Below, piece by piece: positions 54,914 through 64,000 of a DNA stretch of 64,000 nt (positions are counted from its first letter, which is position 1; every line of letters begins with the position of its first letter). Position numbers and translations under genes: made by a program. The stretch lies in NCBI GenBank assembly GCA_050290185.1, contig JBNKHE010000006.1, positions 32,001 through 96,000 on the forward strand, in the 5' to 3' direction. The stretch comes from Pontiella sp. GTDB lineage: Bacteria > Verrucomicrobiota > Kiritimatiellia > Kiritimatiellales > Pontiellaceae. The notes below the pieces were generated by a model. The model was not told the origin of the DNA. It was given only the letters and a program-made list of their open reading frames with translations, and did no database searches.

Positions 54914-56782
54914 ATGCTCACATTTAAACTGATTCGTAAAATTGGAAAAATCCTGCGTGGCGGCGCAGGCCGAAAAGAAATCATGCTGGGCACTTTGTGC
55001 GGCGTCTTCATCGGCTTCAATCCCTCGTTCAGTTTCACCCTGACCCTGGCCATTCTGCTGACCCTGCTGCTCAATGCAAACATCAGCTTTACCGTGCTGG
55101 GCGTAGCGGCAGGGAAATTGCTCAGCTTCATACTCGCCCCCCTCAGTTTCCATACGGGCTTCTTCATTATTCACAACCTGGGTATGGAAGATCTTTTCCG
55201 ATCGCTCTGCAACGCTCCCATCACTGCACTCATGAAGCTTAATGTCTACGCTATGATCGGAAGCCTGCCGTATGCGCTGGTCATCGGACTCGCCCTTGGA
55301 GCCCTGCTGGGAACAGCGGTTATCCGGATACGGAAAAAGATGCTCGAAGCGGATCAGCATGAAATCATCGGGAAGACTTTCGGCAACAAGTTTTCCCGTC
55401 TTCTGCTTCGGCTGGCATTTGGGAAGAGCAAGCTTTCGCTGGACGAGGAAGTCGTTACGAAAGCCCCCTGGATGCGCAAGTCCGGACTTATTCTGGTCGT
55501 GTCTGTCGCCGTAATTGGAGTGGTCTTTGAATTCTTCCTGCTAGATGTCATCGTCCGGAAAGGTCTTGAGACATCTATCTCCTCCTCCACCGGGGCAGAA
55601 GTCAATATTGCCGAGGCCCATCTCTCCATGGCCAAGGGAGAACTCTCCATACATGGACTTGAGGTCACCGACCCCGACAAGCCTACCCATAACCTGATCC
55701 AGATCGACACCCTTGCGGCAGATATCAACGTCAGCGAGCTGCTTAGCCGGAACTACGCAATCGACCTGCTGGCCTGCAGCACACTGAAAAGGGATGTCCT
55801 GCGCTCATCGCCCGGAGCAGTCTATGAAGAAACGAAAGAACCCGAAGAGGTAGAGCCGGCCAAAAACGAGCCGGGTAAATCGCTGGAAGACTATTTTGCC
55901 AAGGCCAGGGACTGGGAGAAATATGGGAAAAAAGCCTACGACTATCTGAAAACGCACAAGGAGAATGCGAAGAGCGAAATGGCGGAAGAAAAGCCCGCCG
56001 CCAGCAAGGCAACCGCCCTAGTGAGTGCCGAGAAGCTGGGCTATCTCAAGGCATTCGCGGACCTTGCGGCCGATCATCCGGCATGGCTTATACACAAGAT
56101 CCGAGTAGAACAGGTTAATCTTGGCAATGGTTTCCCAGAACAGGTATTCATCGCGTCGGAGGTTAGCAGCCACCCCGAACTGAACCGAAAACCTACGAGT
56201 TTTGCCATGTTTCCCATCGGGAGTTCCGACGCCTCCCTCAAGGTCGTTCTGCGCTTTGACGATCCATCCGCGTTGCATGCCGTCGACATTAACCTGCAGG
56301 GCATTCCTATCGGTGATGCGGTTGAAACGAGTGACTCCTTCCCGGTTGATATCCATGACGGCACAGCGGACATCCGGGCATCGGGCCGGTTTTCTGCCGA
56401 TGACCTTGCTATTCCCTTCACCCTTCTCATCCATGAGCTCAAGGCCAATGTTGAGGACGGGGAACAGGTCATGGGAATGGATGCCGACACCGCATCCGAA
56501 GTGTTTAGCTCCATGGAACAGCTTGAAATCAACGGAGCACTTGGGGGTTCCTTGCTGTTGCCTCGCGTATCTATCGACTACGAAAAGTTAACGGCAAACA
56601 TGAAGAATGCGCTGGTATCTGCCGGCAAGAAGGAGCTGTCTAAACGGGCTAACGCCGAGATGGACAAAGCGAAGGATGAGCTAAAGAAGCAAGCCGGCGA
56701 AGAGGTCAACAAGCTTCTGGGGGGCGATGAGGGCGAGTCGACCGGAGATAAAGCCAAGAATGCCCTTAAAAAACTCTTCTAG
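54914..56782 (+). CDS. TIGR03546-like membrane domain fused to a TIGR03545/AsmA-like domain
   Basis: Hydrophobic N-terminal ~170 aa, then a TM and GAEVNIAEAHLS...GLEVTDPDKPTHNL beta-rich region. Confidence 0.65.
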   Translation: MLTFKLIRKIGKILRGGAGRKEIMLGTLCGVFIGFNPSFSFTLTLAILLTLLLNANISFTVLGVAAGKLLSFILAPLSFHTGFFIIHNLGMEDLFRSLCNAPITALMKLNVYAMIGSLPYALVIGLALGALLGTAVIRIRKKMLEADQHEIIGKTFGNKFSRLLLRLAFGKSKLSLDEEVVTKAPWMRKSGLILVVSVAVIGVVFEFFLLDVIVRKGLETSISSSTGAEVNIAEAHLSMAKGELSIHGLEVTDPDKPTHNLIQIDTLAADINVSELLSRNYAIDLLACSTLKRDVLRSSPGAVYEETKEPEEVEPAKNEPGKSLEDYFAKARDWEKYGKKAYDYLKTHKENAKSEMAEEKPAASKATALVSAEKLGYLKAFADLAADHPAWLIHKIRVEQVNLGNGFPEQVFIASEVSSHPELNRKPTSFAMFPIGSSDASLKVVLRFDDPSALHAVDINLQGIPIGDAVETSDSFPVDIHDGTADIRASGRFSADDLAIPFTLLIHELKANVEDGEQVMGMDADTASEVFSSMEQLEINGALGGSLLLPRVSIDYEKLTANMKNALVSAGKKELSKRANAEMDKAKDELKKQAGEEVNKLLGGDEGESTGDKAKNALKKLF

Positions 56783-56791
56783 AAAAAGCTG

Positions 56792-57307
56792 TTACTCCGT
56801 TTTTTCCCTTTCCTTAGGGGCCACATCAACTGGAGTAAACTTAAGAGAAGCTGAGTTGATGCAATAACGCAAGCCGGTCGGCGGAGGTCCGTCGGGGAAT
56901 ACATGCCCAAGATGAGCCCCGCATTTACTGCAAGTTACCTCCGTCCGGATCATTCCGTGCGAGGTATCCTTGTGTTCGATAATGACATCCTCAGTGAGCG
57001 GCTTGAAATAGCTGGGCCATCCACAACCGGCATCAAATTTCGTATCGGAAAGGAACAGGTCCTGCCCGCAACATACACAGGAATAAATCCCGACATCCTT
57101 CGTGTCCCAATACTCACCTGTAAACGGCCTTTCAGTACCTTGCTGACGGGTTACATAGTATTGCATTTCCGTCAGTTGCTCCTGCCACTCTGCATCGGTC
57201 TTAACCATCTTGTTGGTCATGGTTGATTCCTTTTCCTCTCCCTCATCTGCTGCACAGGCCGTCAGCACAAGTGACAGCATAATCATGATTGCCGGTATCG
57301 TTCTCAT
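56792..57307 (-). CDS. msrB: Methionine-R-sulfoxide reductase with lipoprotein-like signal
   Basis: [32 protein letters not shown]-terminal LVLTAC. Confidence 0.96.
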   Translation of the reverse strand: MRTIPAIMIMLSLVLTACAADEGEEKESTMTNKMVKTDAEWQEQLTEMQYYVTRQQGTERPFTGEYWDTKDVGIYSCVCCGQDLFLSDTKFDAGCGWPSYFKPLTEDVIIEHKDTSHGMIRTEVTCSKCGAHLGHVFPDGPPPTGLRYCINSASLKFTPVDVAPKEREKTE

Positions 57308-57475
57308 AATCACTCCTTGCCAATGAAGACACCCTTATTGACTCTGCGTTCAATCATCACCCACCAGTACACAAGGCGCCAACACATTAACGATGCACCC
57401 GGTATAATCATCGTACGCTTTGATTGATTTTATGGCAGGTGGGCATTAGGTTGCCCTTCCAAAACGGAGCAGGCT

Positions 57476-57790
57476 ATGTCCGACGACTGGATTGACATCA
57501 AAAAGGATCCCAAGCATGTTGCGCGGGAGCGCACGAAAGCCAAGGAGCTGCGCAAAAGTGCCTGGTGGAAACAGCAGCTCGCCCATGGAACTTGCCATTA
57601 TTGTGGAAAAGCCTTCCCGGCAGACGAGCTGACCATGGACCATATCCTGCCGGTTGTGCGAGGAGGCAAAAGCTCCAAAAGCAACTGCGTCCCCTGTTGC
57701 AAGCAGTGCAACAACGAAAAAAAATACCTTACCCCCGCCGAGATCATCCTCCGGGAGCTAGAAAACAAGGATACTCCACCTTCCGGCTAA
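57476..57790 (+). CDS. Small HNH endonuclease family protein
   Basis: CHYC...TMDHILP..RGG...NCVPCCKQCNNEK. Confidence 0.9.
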   Translation: MSDDWIDIKKDPKHVARERTKAKELRKSAWWKQQLAHGTCHYCGKAFPADELTMDHILPVVRGGKSSKSNCVPCCKQCNNEKKYLTPAEIILRELENKDTPPSG

Positions 57791-58785
57791 TCGGCTTTAA
57801 CGATATTAGCCAGTTCTTCACCATTTTCATAGGCCGTAATATTTTCCAGCGTCGTCTGGGCAATGCGGGCAACCGCCTCTTGGGTAAAGTAGGCCTGATG
57901 GCCTGTAATCACCACATTCGGGAAGGTGGTCAGGCGAGCAAAAACATCATCGGTCCTGATTTCGAAGGTTTTATCTTCAAAGAACAGCTCTTCCTCTTCC
58001 TCATAGACATCGATTCCAAGGTATCCGATCTTTTCCGATTTCAACCCCTCTACGGCCGCACGAGAATCGATTAACGCTCCACGACTGGTATTGATGATCA
58101 TCACGCCCTTCTTCATCTTCGCAATGGCATCCATACCGATCAGGTGATAGGTCTCCGTAAAGAGCGGGCAGTGCAGGGAGATGATATCGGATTGTGAAAA
58201 CAAGGCATCAAGGGATACATATTCCACCCCGAATTTATCCTGGCAAACCGGATTCTTGAACTTGTCGTGTGCAATAATTTTGCAGCCAAAACCGTGGAGG
58301 ATACTGGCGACACACTCTCCGATCTTGCCGGTCCCCACCAAGCCTACCGTACGCCCGCGCATATCGAACCCAAGTAGTCCATCGAGTGAAAAGTTCCCTT
58401 CCTTGACGCGGGAGTTGGCCCAGTAGACTTTCCGGTTGAGCGCCAGCATCAGCCCAACGGTATGCTCTGCCACAGCGTAGGGCGAATAGGCGGGTACACG
58501 TACCACAGAAATGCCCAGCTCTTTGGCACTGTTGATATCGACATTATTGAAACCGGCACACCTCAGGGCAATCAGACGCGTTCCCTGCGCCGCCAAGGCA
58601 ATCAGGACCGATGCATCAAGCTGGTCGTTCACGAATGCGCACGCACACTCATACCCCTCAGCCAGCTTTAGTGTTTGGCGGGTTAACCTGGTTTCAAAGT
58701 AGGTAATTTCGTGACCGGCTTGCTTATTGGCCTCGTCAAAAAATTTGCGGTCGTAAGGTTTGGTGCTGAAAAAAGCTATTTTCAT
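57787..58785 (-). CDS. ldhA: D-lactate / 2-hydroxyacid dehydrogenase
   Basis: LRCAGFNNVD, RVPAYSPYAVAEH, GTGKIG, INTSRG, DVYE, TGHQA. Confidence 0.93.
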   Translation of the reverse strand: MKIAFFSTKPYDRKFFDEANKQAGHEITYFETRLTRQTLKLAEGYECACAFVNDQLDASVLIALAAQGTRLIALRCAGFNNVDINSAKELGISVVRVPAYSPYAVAEHTVGLMLALNRKVYWANSRVKEGNFSLDGLLGFDMRGRTVGLVGTGKIGECVASILHGFGCKIIAHDKFKNPVCQDKFGVEYVSLDALFSQSDIISLHCPLFTETYHLIGMDAIAKMKKGVMIINTSRGALIDSRAAVEGLKSEKIGYLGIDVYEEEEELFFEDKTFEIRTDDVFARLTTFPNVVITGHQAYFTQEAVARIAQTTLENITAYENGEELANIVKAD

Positions 58786-58808
58786 TATCGATCCTGCGTA
58801 TTGTGGGG

Positions 58809-59417
58809 TTAGAATAGATCCAGTTGGTCCGGTTGCTCAACAAACTGCGGGAAGCGCATCGCCTCCTTGCCGGTCATCCTGACCAGATCTTCCTCAGCTA
58901 TGGATTCGCCACGAAGTTCAAGCGTCTCAATAAGTTTGGCAAACAAGAGACCGCAATAGGAACTATCCTCCTCGGCCCGATGAAACGTTCCACTGGGAAA
59001 ATTGAAATGACGCACCAGCGTCCAAAGCTTGTAGTTTGGGAGTCCAGGAAAGATCTTGCGCGCCATCGGCAAGGTATCCAACACCACGCCCGTTGGGGCC
59101 TTGGAACGATGGGTTTTCACGTCATCCAATAAAAATTTAAAATCAAAAGGTGCGTTATGCGCCACGAGGGGAAGATCGCCGCAAAATTCCGCGAACTCGC
59201 CCAGAACATCCCCTATCCGGCGCTTTCCATGCACCATTTCATCCGTAATGCCGTTTACCGCCGAAGCATCCAGAGGAATCGGTCGACCAGGATCAACCAG
59301 CGTTCCATAGGTCTTAACAGGACGGCATCCATCAAACAACACCGCTCCTATTTCAACAATCATGTCTTCCTGCGGTTTTGTTCCCGTGGTTTCCAAATCA
59401 AATGCAATGAATTTCAT
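58809..59417 (-). CDS. DEDDh 3'-5' exonuclease (DnaQ/epsilon-like)
   Basis: FDLETTG, AHNAPFD, HRAEED; C-terminal QLDLF. Confidence 0.92.
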   Translation of the reverse strand: MKFIAFDLETTGTKPQEDMIVEIGAVLFDGCRPVKTYGTLVDPGRPIPLDASAVNGITDEMVHGKRRIGDVLGEFAEFCGDLPLVAHNAPFDFKFLLDDVKTHRSKAPTGVVLDTLPMARKIFPGLPNYKLWTLVRHFNFPSGTFHRAEEDSSYCGLLFAKLIETLELRGESIAEEDLVRMTGKEAMRFPQFVEQPDQLDLF

Positions 59418-59762
59418 AATATAGTACCAATATCGGATGGTTTTACTAAGCGCCACACTAATTGTTAATTAAAACCCAACTAGAATCACCTATCGGCATG
59501 TTCGAAATAGTTCTGCACAGAACTACATAGGCGTCTGTTGGATTCAAAAAAGTCCTATTTCCCGGCGACGCAGGGCTTAACGGTGGGCGATGAAGTTCCT
59601 GCACCTCCGAAACTCGGTACTCGACCTTGTCCTGGAGAAACAAGATGTCGAGGCCAGCATCGATCTTGCGTCGGAGAATATCGACGTGAAAGAGCTCGTC
59701 GGTACGAATGAACCTCCACTCCGATTGATCGGCTGTCTTTCGTTTTATCAGAACTGATAGTA

Positions 59763-59794
59763 AAAAAGCTCCGGAGTAATCTCCGGAGCTTTTT
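59763..59794. terminator. Bidirectional intrinsic terminator
   Basis: AAAAAGCTCCGGAG-TAAT-CTCCGGAGCTTTTT perfect inverted repeat downstream of the secretin gene. Confidence 0.85.
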
Positions 59795-59846
59795 CGACAG
59801 TCTTGAACCCGCCTGTGAGGCGGATTTTTACACGTAGAGCAATAGT

Positions 59847-62039
59847 TTATTTAGCAATCGCTCTGCGGGCATTCTCACGATCAATGCGAGTCATACCTTT
59901 TTCGTCAACCTGAGTAGCCTTAACGAGAATTACGAGGTTCTTCTTCGCAGACCGGCTTCCTTCACTCCGGAAGAAACGCCCAACATATGGAATGTCACCG
60001 AGAATCGGAACCTGATCACGGAATGTTTCAGTGGTTTCGTCAACCAAGCCGCCCATCATCACAGTGCTTCCGTCAGCCACGGTTACTCGAGTCTGTACAG
60101 AGCGGGTTTCAAAGAACGGCATTTCGGCAAACAGTTCCGTACCATCACCTCTGATTCTTTCATCATAGGTGGTACCGGCATCGTATGCATTGTCGGCTAC
60201 ATGGTAGCCATCAAAGCCTTTGAACTTGCGGATTTCCGGATTCAGCTCAAGCTTGATCGTGTTGCTTTCAGCATCCACCTCAGGCGTAACGCGCAAAACA
60301 ACACCCAAGTCGAAGTCTTCCCAGTCCTGTGGCTTTACAACCGGAGCGGTACGCTGCCCGGTTTCAACATCCCAGTCCTGCGGGAAGCGATGGATTTCAG
60401 TAACGCGAATAACCGCTTCATAACCACTTTGAGTGGTTACCTTCGGAGCGGATAGAATATCGGCAGTACCGTTCTGCTCCAATGCGGATAGATTCAGGTC
60501 AACCGTACCATTCGAGAACAGCATAGAAGGTGCGGCTCCGCCCATTTTTGAGAGAATCCCCGATGTTACGGCATCAAATACAGTCTCGTTTCCGCGCTGT
60601 CCACCGGCAAAAAGGGATTGTCCGCCATTGGCGATTTCCGCGAACCCGTTGATGGGATTATTGTAGAGTACTGAGCCGTTGCTCATGTAGTCCAAAGGAC
60701 CGAAAGCACTAACGGAATTGCCGCCGGTGCTCACCGCAAATTTGTACTGGGTGAGGTCGCCATTAACTCGCGTAGCGCCCGCATAACCACTGTCAGGTCC
60801 ATAATGGGTTCCAGCCAGCTGGAATCCAGCTGCACTTCCACTACCGTATACGTTCCAGTCGAATCCAAGCTCTTCGAGGCTACCTTCACTGAATTCTACA
60901 AACTTGGCTTCGATCTCGACCTGCGAAGACCGACGAGCAATTGCTTCGTCTTCCAGATCATCAACGATGTTTTGAACCTTGCGGATATTTTCGTGGGTAT
61001 TCTTCACGATAAGCTTACGGAAGCTCGGATAGTAGATAGCCGAAGAACCTTCGGGCCAGAGTACAATCGAGAAATAGCTGGAAACATCAATCGGACCGGA
61101 ATCCGAGGACATGGATCCGGAGTCGCCGCCACCGAAGAGATCGTCCATCGAATCTCCGGAGTCGCCGCCGCCTGTCACGGCACCGAGTTCTTCACCCACC
61201 TCGGGAATAACCGAAATGGTTTCCATTTCGACTTCAATCGAACGGACATAGTTAACCGGCATGATCATAACCATATTGGAATCAACAACGAATTTGAGCG
61301 AGGCCATTTCAGTAATCACCTGCAACGCATCGTAGAGACTCATGTCACGAATGGAAATCGTGATATTGTTACCTTCATCCATATCCATGGAATCGCTGGA
61401 AGCCAGCCCAAGAAGAATCATATTGACCCCCTTGCCGGTGCTATCCATACGGCGGCAGGTTTCGGTCAGGAATAGAACAACATCCTTGATGTTGGCATCG
61501 CGGAAGTCGAGCGAAGGGATTTGGATCTGTTTGAGATGCGCCGTCATCTTTTGTACGCCAACCGGAACCTTGATGACCTCAACCTTTTTTCCTAGCTCCA
61601 AAGCAGCCAAAGAATCGCTAAAGTCAGGAGTCCAGCCCTTCTTCACATCTGCGAGCGCCTCGGCACGCACGGTGTCAGTTTTGCGAGCTTCAAGAGCCGC
61701 GATCTTGGCAGCAACCTTGCTCAGGTAACTCATCGCCTTCTTGTTGTAAGGCTCCTTAGCCAGCACAGCCTCAAATACGAGACGGGCTCCGTCATAATCG
61801 CCTGCTTTGAAGGCCTTGATTCCGCTACTCATCAGACCTTCGGGAGACGTATCTATCCCGGTTGTGCCAGCATCGTTTTCAACCGCTGCGGCCATTGCCT
61901 CATCAACAGATGCAGCCGTCTGCATTCCATCGCCTGAATCTGTGGCCATCAAAGCATCAAGCTCCGTATCCTGAGCCCAAATCGCCTGTGCTCCAGCCAT
62001 AAGCACAACCAAAAGAGACGAGATGTAGGTTTTCTTCAT
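59847..62039 (-). CDS. Type II/IV secretin (GspD/PilQ; Amuc_1098-like) with N-terminal TPR
   Basis: Signal peptide; QVEIEAKFVE..LEELGFDW, ILSAPKVTT, GVVLRVTPEV, VPILGDIPYVGRFFRS, NLVILV. Confidence 0.9.
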   Translation of the reverse strand: MKKTYISSLLVVLMAGAQAIWAQDTELDALMATDSGDGMQTAASVDEAMAAAVENDAGTTGIDTSPEGLMSSGIKAFKAGDYDGARLVFEAVLAKEPYNKKAMSYLSKVAAKIAALEARKTDTVRAEALADVKKGWTPDFSDSLAALELGKKVEVIKVPVGVQKMTAHLKQIQIPSLDFRDANIKDVVLFLTETCRRMDSTGKGVNMILLGLASSDSMDMDEGNNITISIRDMSLYDALQVITEMASLKFVVDSNMVMIMPVNYVRSIEVEMETISVIPEVGEELGAVTGGGDSGDSMDDLFGGGDSGSMSSDSGPIDVSSYFSIVLWPEGSSAIYYPSFRKLIVKNTHENIRKVQNIVDDLEDEAIARRSSQVEIEAKFVEFSEGSLEELGFDWNVYGSGSAAGFQLAGTHYGPDSGYAGATRVNGDLTQYKFAVSTGGNSVSAFGPLDYMSNGSVLYNNPINGFAEIANGGQSLFAGGQRGNETVFDAVTSGILSKMGGAAPSMLFSNGTVDLNLSALEQNGTADILSAPKVTTQSGYEAVIRVTEIHRFPQDWDVETGQRTAPVVKPQDWEDFDLGVVLRVTPEVDAESNTIKLELNPEIRKFKGFDGYHVADNAYDAGTTYDERIRGDGTELFAEMPFFETRSVQTRVTVADGSTVMMGGLVDETTETFRDQVPILGDIPYVGRFFRSEGSRSAKKNLVILVKATQVDEKGMTRIDRENARRAIAK

Positions 62040-62631
62040 TATCCTTCCCCTCACTTCTATTTCAAAACGCTGTATCACCCACGAGTTCGTCAGGGTCCGT
62101 GGACAGCATTCACCAAACAACTATCACCCTATTTTTCAATTCCTATGAAACAGGCCATACAATCCCGCTCCAATTACCAACCAATTTTAAACACTTCTCG
62201 GTTCACAGCAGCCGCATAATTCCTGTTACAGCATTAGCGGTAAGCCGTATGCACGTAATAACGCACAGATAATAACGCGCACATAGTACCTACTTCGGTG
62301 CAGTGATCAAGTATATTAATCAACTCAACTATACTTTCTGGATCGATGGGTATCCGCTGTCTCTACATGCCGGAATTCCGCGTCTCGCAGGCGCCTTTCG
62401 ACCCCGCCAGAACAGCACTGTAATACGTAGATGAACAACCGCTTACAAACATGATTGTTTTTCAACAGCCAACACACCGAGCCAGGTTGATATATTTATT
62501 GCTTATTAAACCCAACAACACCATGTCCTGATTCTGAAAAAATATCCCAGATCAAAAGAGGCGCGCATGAGATGCCGATGCAACAGGCGGGAAGAAAATC
62601 AAGCGTCGTCATCCAGCCACCGGCACCGCAT

Positions 62632-63405
62632 TTATCCGAGCAGTTTCGCCGCGGCGATTCCCGGATCAGGTTCGCGCAGCAGACTTTCGCCCACGAGAAT
62701 CGCATGAGCGCCAGCCTGCTTCAGTTGTGCTACGTCTTCCGGCGTCCTGATACCACTTTCACTTATCAGCGTACATGTCCCTGGCGCCAGAGGCGCAAGC
62801 TCAAAGGTGGTGGCCAGCGTTGTGACGAATGTTTTCAGGTTGCGGTTATTGATGCCTATGCAATCGGCTCCTGTATCAACAGCTCTGAGCATCTCCTCCC
62901 GATCATGCACTTCAACCAGCGGCTGAAGACCCAGATCTCGGATTTCAGCAATAAAGGCCGCCAGTTCAGCATCGGTCAGTGCGCCAACGATCAGCAAAAC
63001 AGCCGACGCCCCTATCGTTTTTGCATGGGCGATCTGCCAGGAATCAATGACAAACTCCTTGTAGAGCATTGGGAGAGCAACGGCATTGCGCACAGCGGAA
63101 AAATCTTGTTCCCCGCCCCCAAAATACTTGTGATCCATCAGACAGGATATGGCGCTGGCCCCGTTGACCTGATAGCCCTGTGCAATTTCAACCGGATCGA
63201 AAGGGTCGCGGATCAGTCCGGCCGACGGCGACTTACGTTTGACCTCGGCAATCAAGCCCATCGGCACACTGCGCAAAGCCGCAACGAAATCCGGCTGCGC
63301 CTTTGCGGCCGGATTTTTCGCCAGAAGCTCCGCACGGCTGCACCGCATTTTGCGTTGCGCCACCTCGATCCGTTTATCGGCAATGATCTGTTCTAGAATA
63401 TTCAT
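62632..63405 (-). CDS. trpC: Indole-3-glycerol phosphate synthase
   Basis: IAEVKRKSPSAG, LVEVH, IGINNRNL, ISESGI, LVGESL. Confidence 0.98.
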   Translation of the reverse strand: MNILEQIIADKRIEVAQRKMRCSRAELLAKNPAAKAQPDFVAALRSVPMGLIAEVKRKSPSAGLIRDPFDPVEIAQGYQVNGASAISCLMDHKYFGGGEQDFSAVRNAVALPMLYKEFVIDSWQIAHAKTIGASAVLLIVGALTDAELAAFIAEIRDLGLQPLVEVHDREEMLRAVDTGADCIGINNRNLKTFVTTLATTFELAPLAPGTCTLISESGIRTPEDVAQLKQAGAHAILVGESLLREPDPGIAAAKLLG

Positions 63406-63414
63406 CTCTGGCAG

Positions 63415-63915
63415 TTATTCCGACTCCCACTCACGAACCGTGGGCATTGCGGTTGTTCGGGTGAGCATGTTTTCAATAGGCTTCCCTAGGTCGGCGTTTT
63501 CCCACCACCGTTCCTTCTCGGAGTTTTCCAGGCCAACTTCGTCGCCCCGGTAGGTTGCCACCACGGCATAAATGCCGTCCCGGGGATTGATACACTTCTT
63601 TATGTTCTGCGCCAGAACAACCCCGCTTGTATAGCCCGACTCCTCTTCGAGAAAGCGGTGAATCGTGCGGCAGTGGAAAAACTGAGGGCCCATTTCCTTA
63701 TCACGAGCCTCCAGCAAAATGTAGAAATCCAGGCAAAGCTCATCGAACATGTCTTCCCGCTTTACATCGAATGTCGCAATCAGTGAGAGGCTGGATTCCA
63801 CGCCCATCATCCCCTCAAAATCAACATCCCGCAGACGGATCTCCGACGGCTTCGTTTCGGCCAAGACCGCGCCCGCCATTCCTAGCAAAACAGCAACCAA
63901 TATTATCCTTTTCAT
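63415..63915 (-). CDS. Exported hypothetical protein (possibly Amuc_1102-like)
   Basis: Signal peptide MKRIILVAVLLGMAGAVLA; beta-rich body with DEL...FYILL and a late WW. Confidence 0.6.
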   Translation of the reverse strand: MKRIILVAVLLGMAGAVLAETKPSEIRLRDVDFEGMMGVESSLSLIATFDVKREDMFDELCLDFYILLEARDKEMGPQFFHCRTIHRFLEEESGYTSGVVLAQNIKKCINPRDGIYAVVATYRGDEVGLENSEKERWWENADLGKPIENMLTRTTAMPTVREWESE

Positions 63916-64000
63916 CGCGACCATCCTTTCATTGGGTTTATTCATCCCTACCGGCTTTTTTTAAGATACGCTTCGATGAAAGCATCCAGATTCCCGTCAA

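Noticed and set aside
57476..57790. HNH gene as a mobile or defence element
   Set aside because: Small stand-alone HNH among housekeeping genes, with no methylase, repeats or partner genes
59804..59829. tRNA-like GGGTTCAAG on the minus strand
   Set aside because: Part of a simple hairpin after the secretin gene; no cloverleaf

Overview
A gene-dense, GC-rich chromosomal window. Its protein style (SHD1-like exported protein, Amuc_1098-type secretin, DUF1573) suggests a PVC-group bacterium such as Kiritimatiellota/Verrucomicrobiota; this is an inference. Housekeeping content: atpEFHAGDC, dnaE, serS, mutL, pyk, tyrS, rpsA, trpC, an oxyR-ahpCF-katG peroxide cluster and a class III ribonucleotide reductase locus. 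I found no rRNA, tRNA, CRISPR array, prophage or transposase. The most unusual feature is a tightly coupled 7-gene minus-strand operon (5604-13354). It encodes three different PTS EIIA fusion proteins (HTH-EIIA, EIIA-CBS, Zn-ribbon-EIIA; all keep the phospho-His), three CBS-containing proteins and three unrelated ion transporters (CPA antiporter-CBS, ArsB/NhaD, SulP-STAS), with no sugar EIIB/EIIC. It is a candidate PTS- and nucleotide-gated ion/pH homeostasis system. Other highlights: nrdD + CxxC redoxin + nrdG (redoxin-type class III RNR with a ~70-aa insert and an NrdR box); MutL with degenerate endonuclease motifs; two structure-conserved GGAG-type REP doublets; a mini PLD/HKD protein with a CX2CX5C tail; and a DnaQ-like exonuclease ending in the clamp motif QLDLF. 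All family calls are from motif recognition by eye, not database searches. Several start codons were moved from the ORF track using RBS position and homology.
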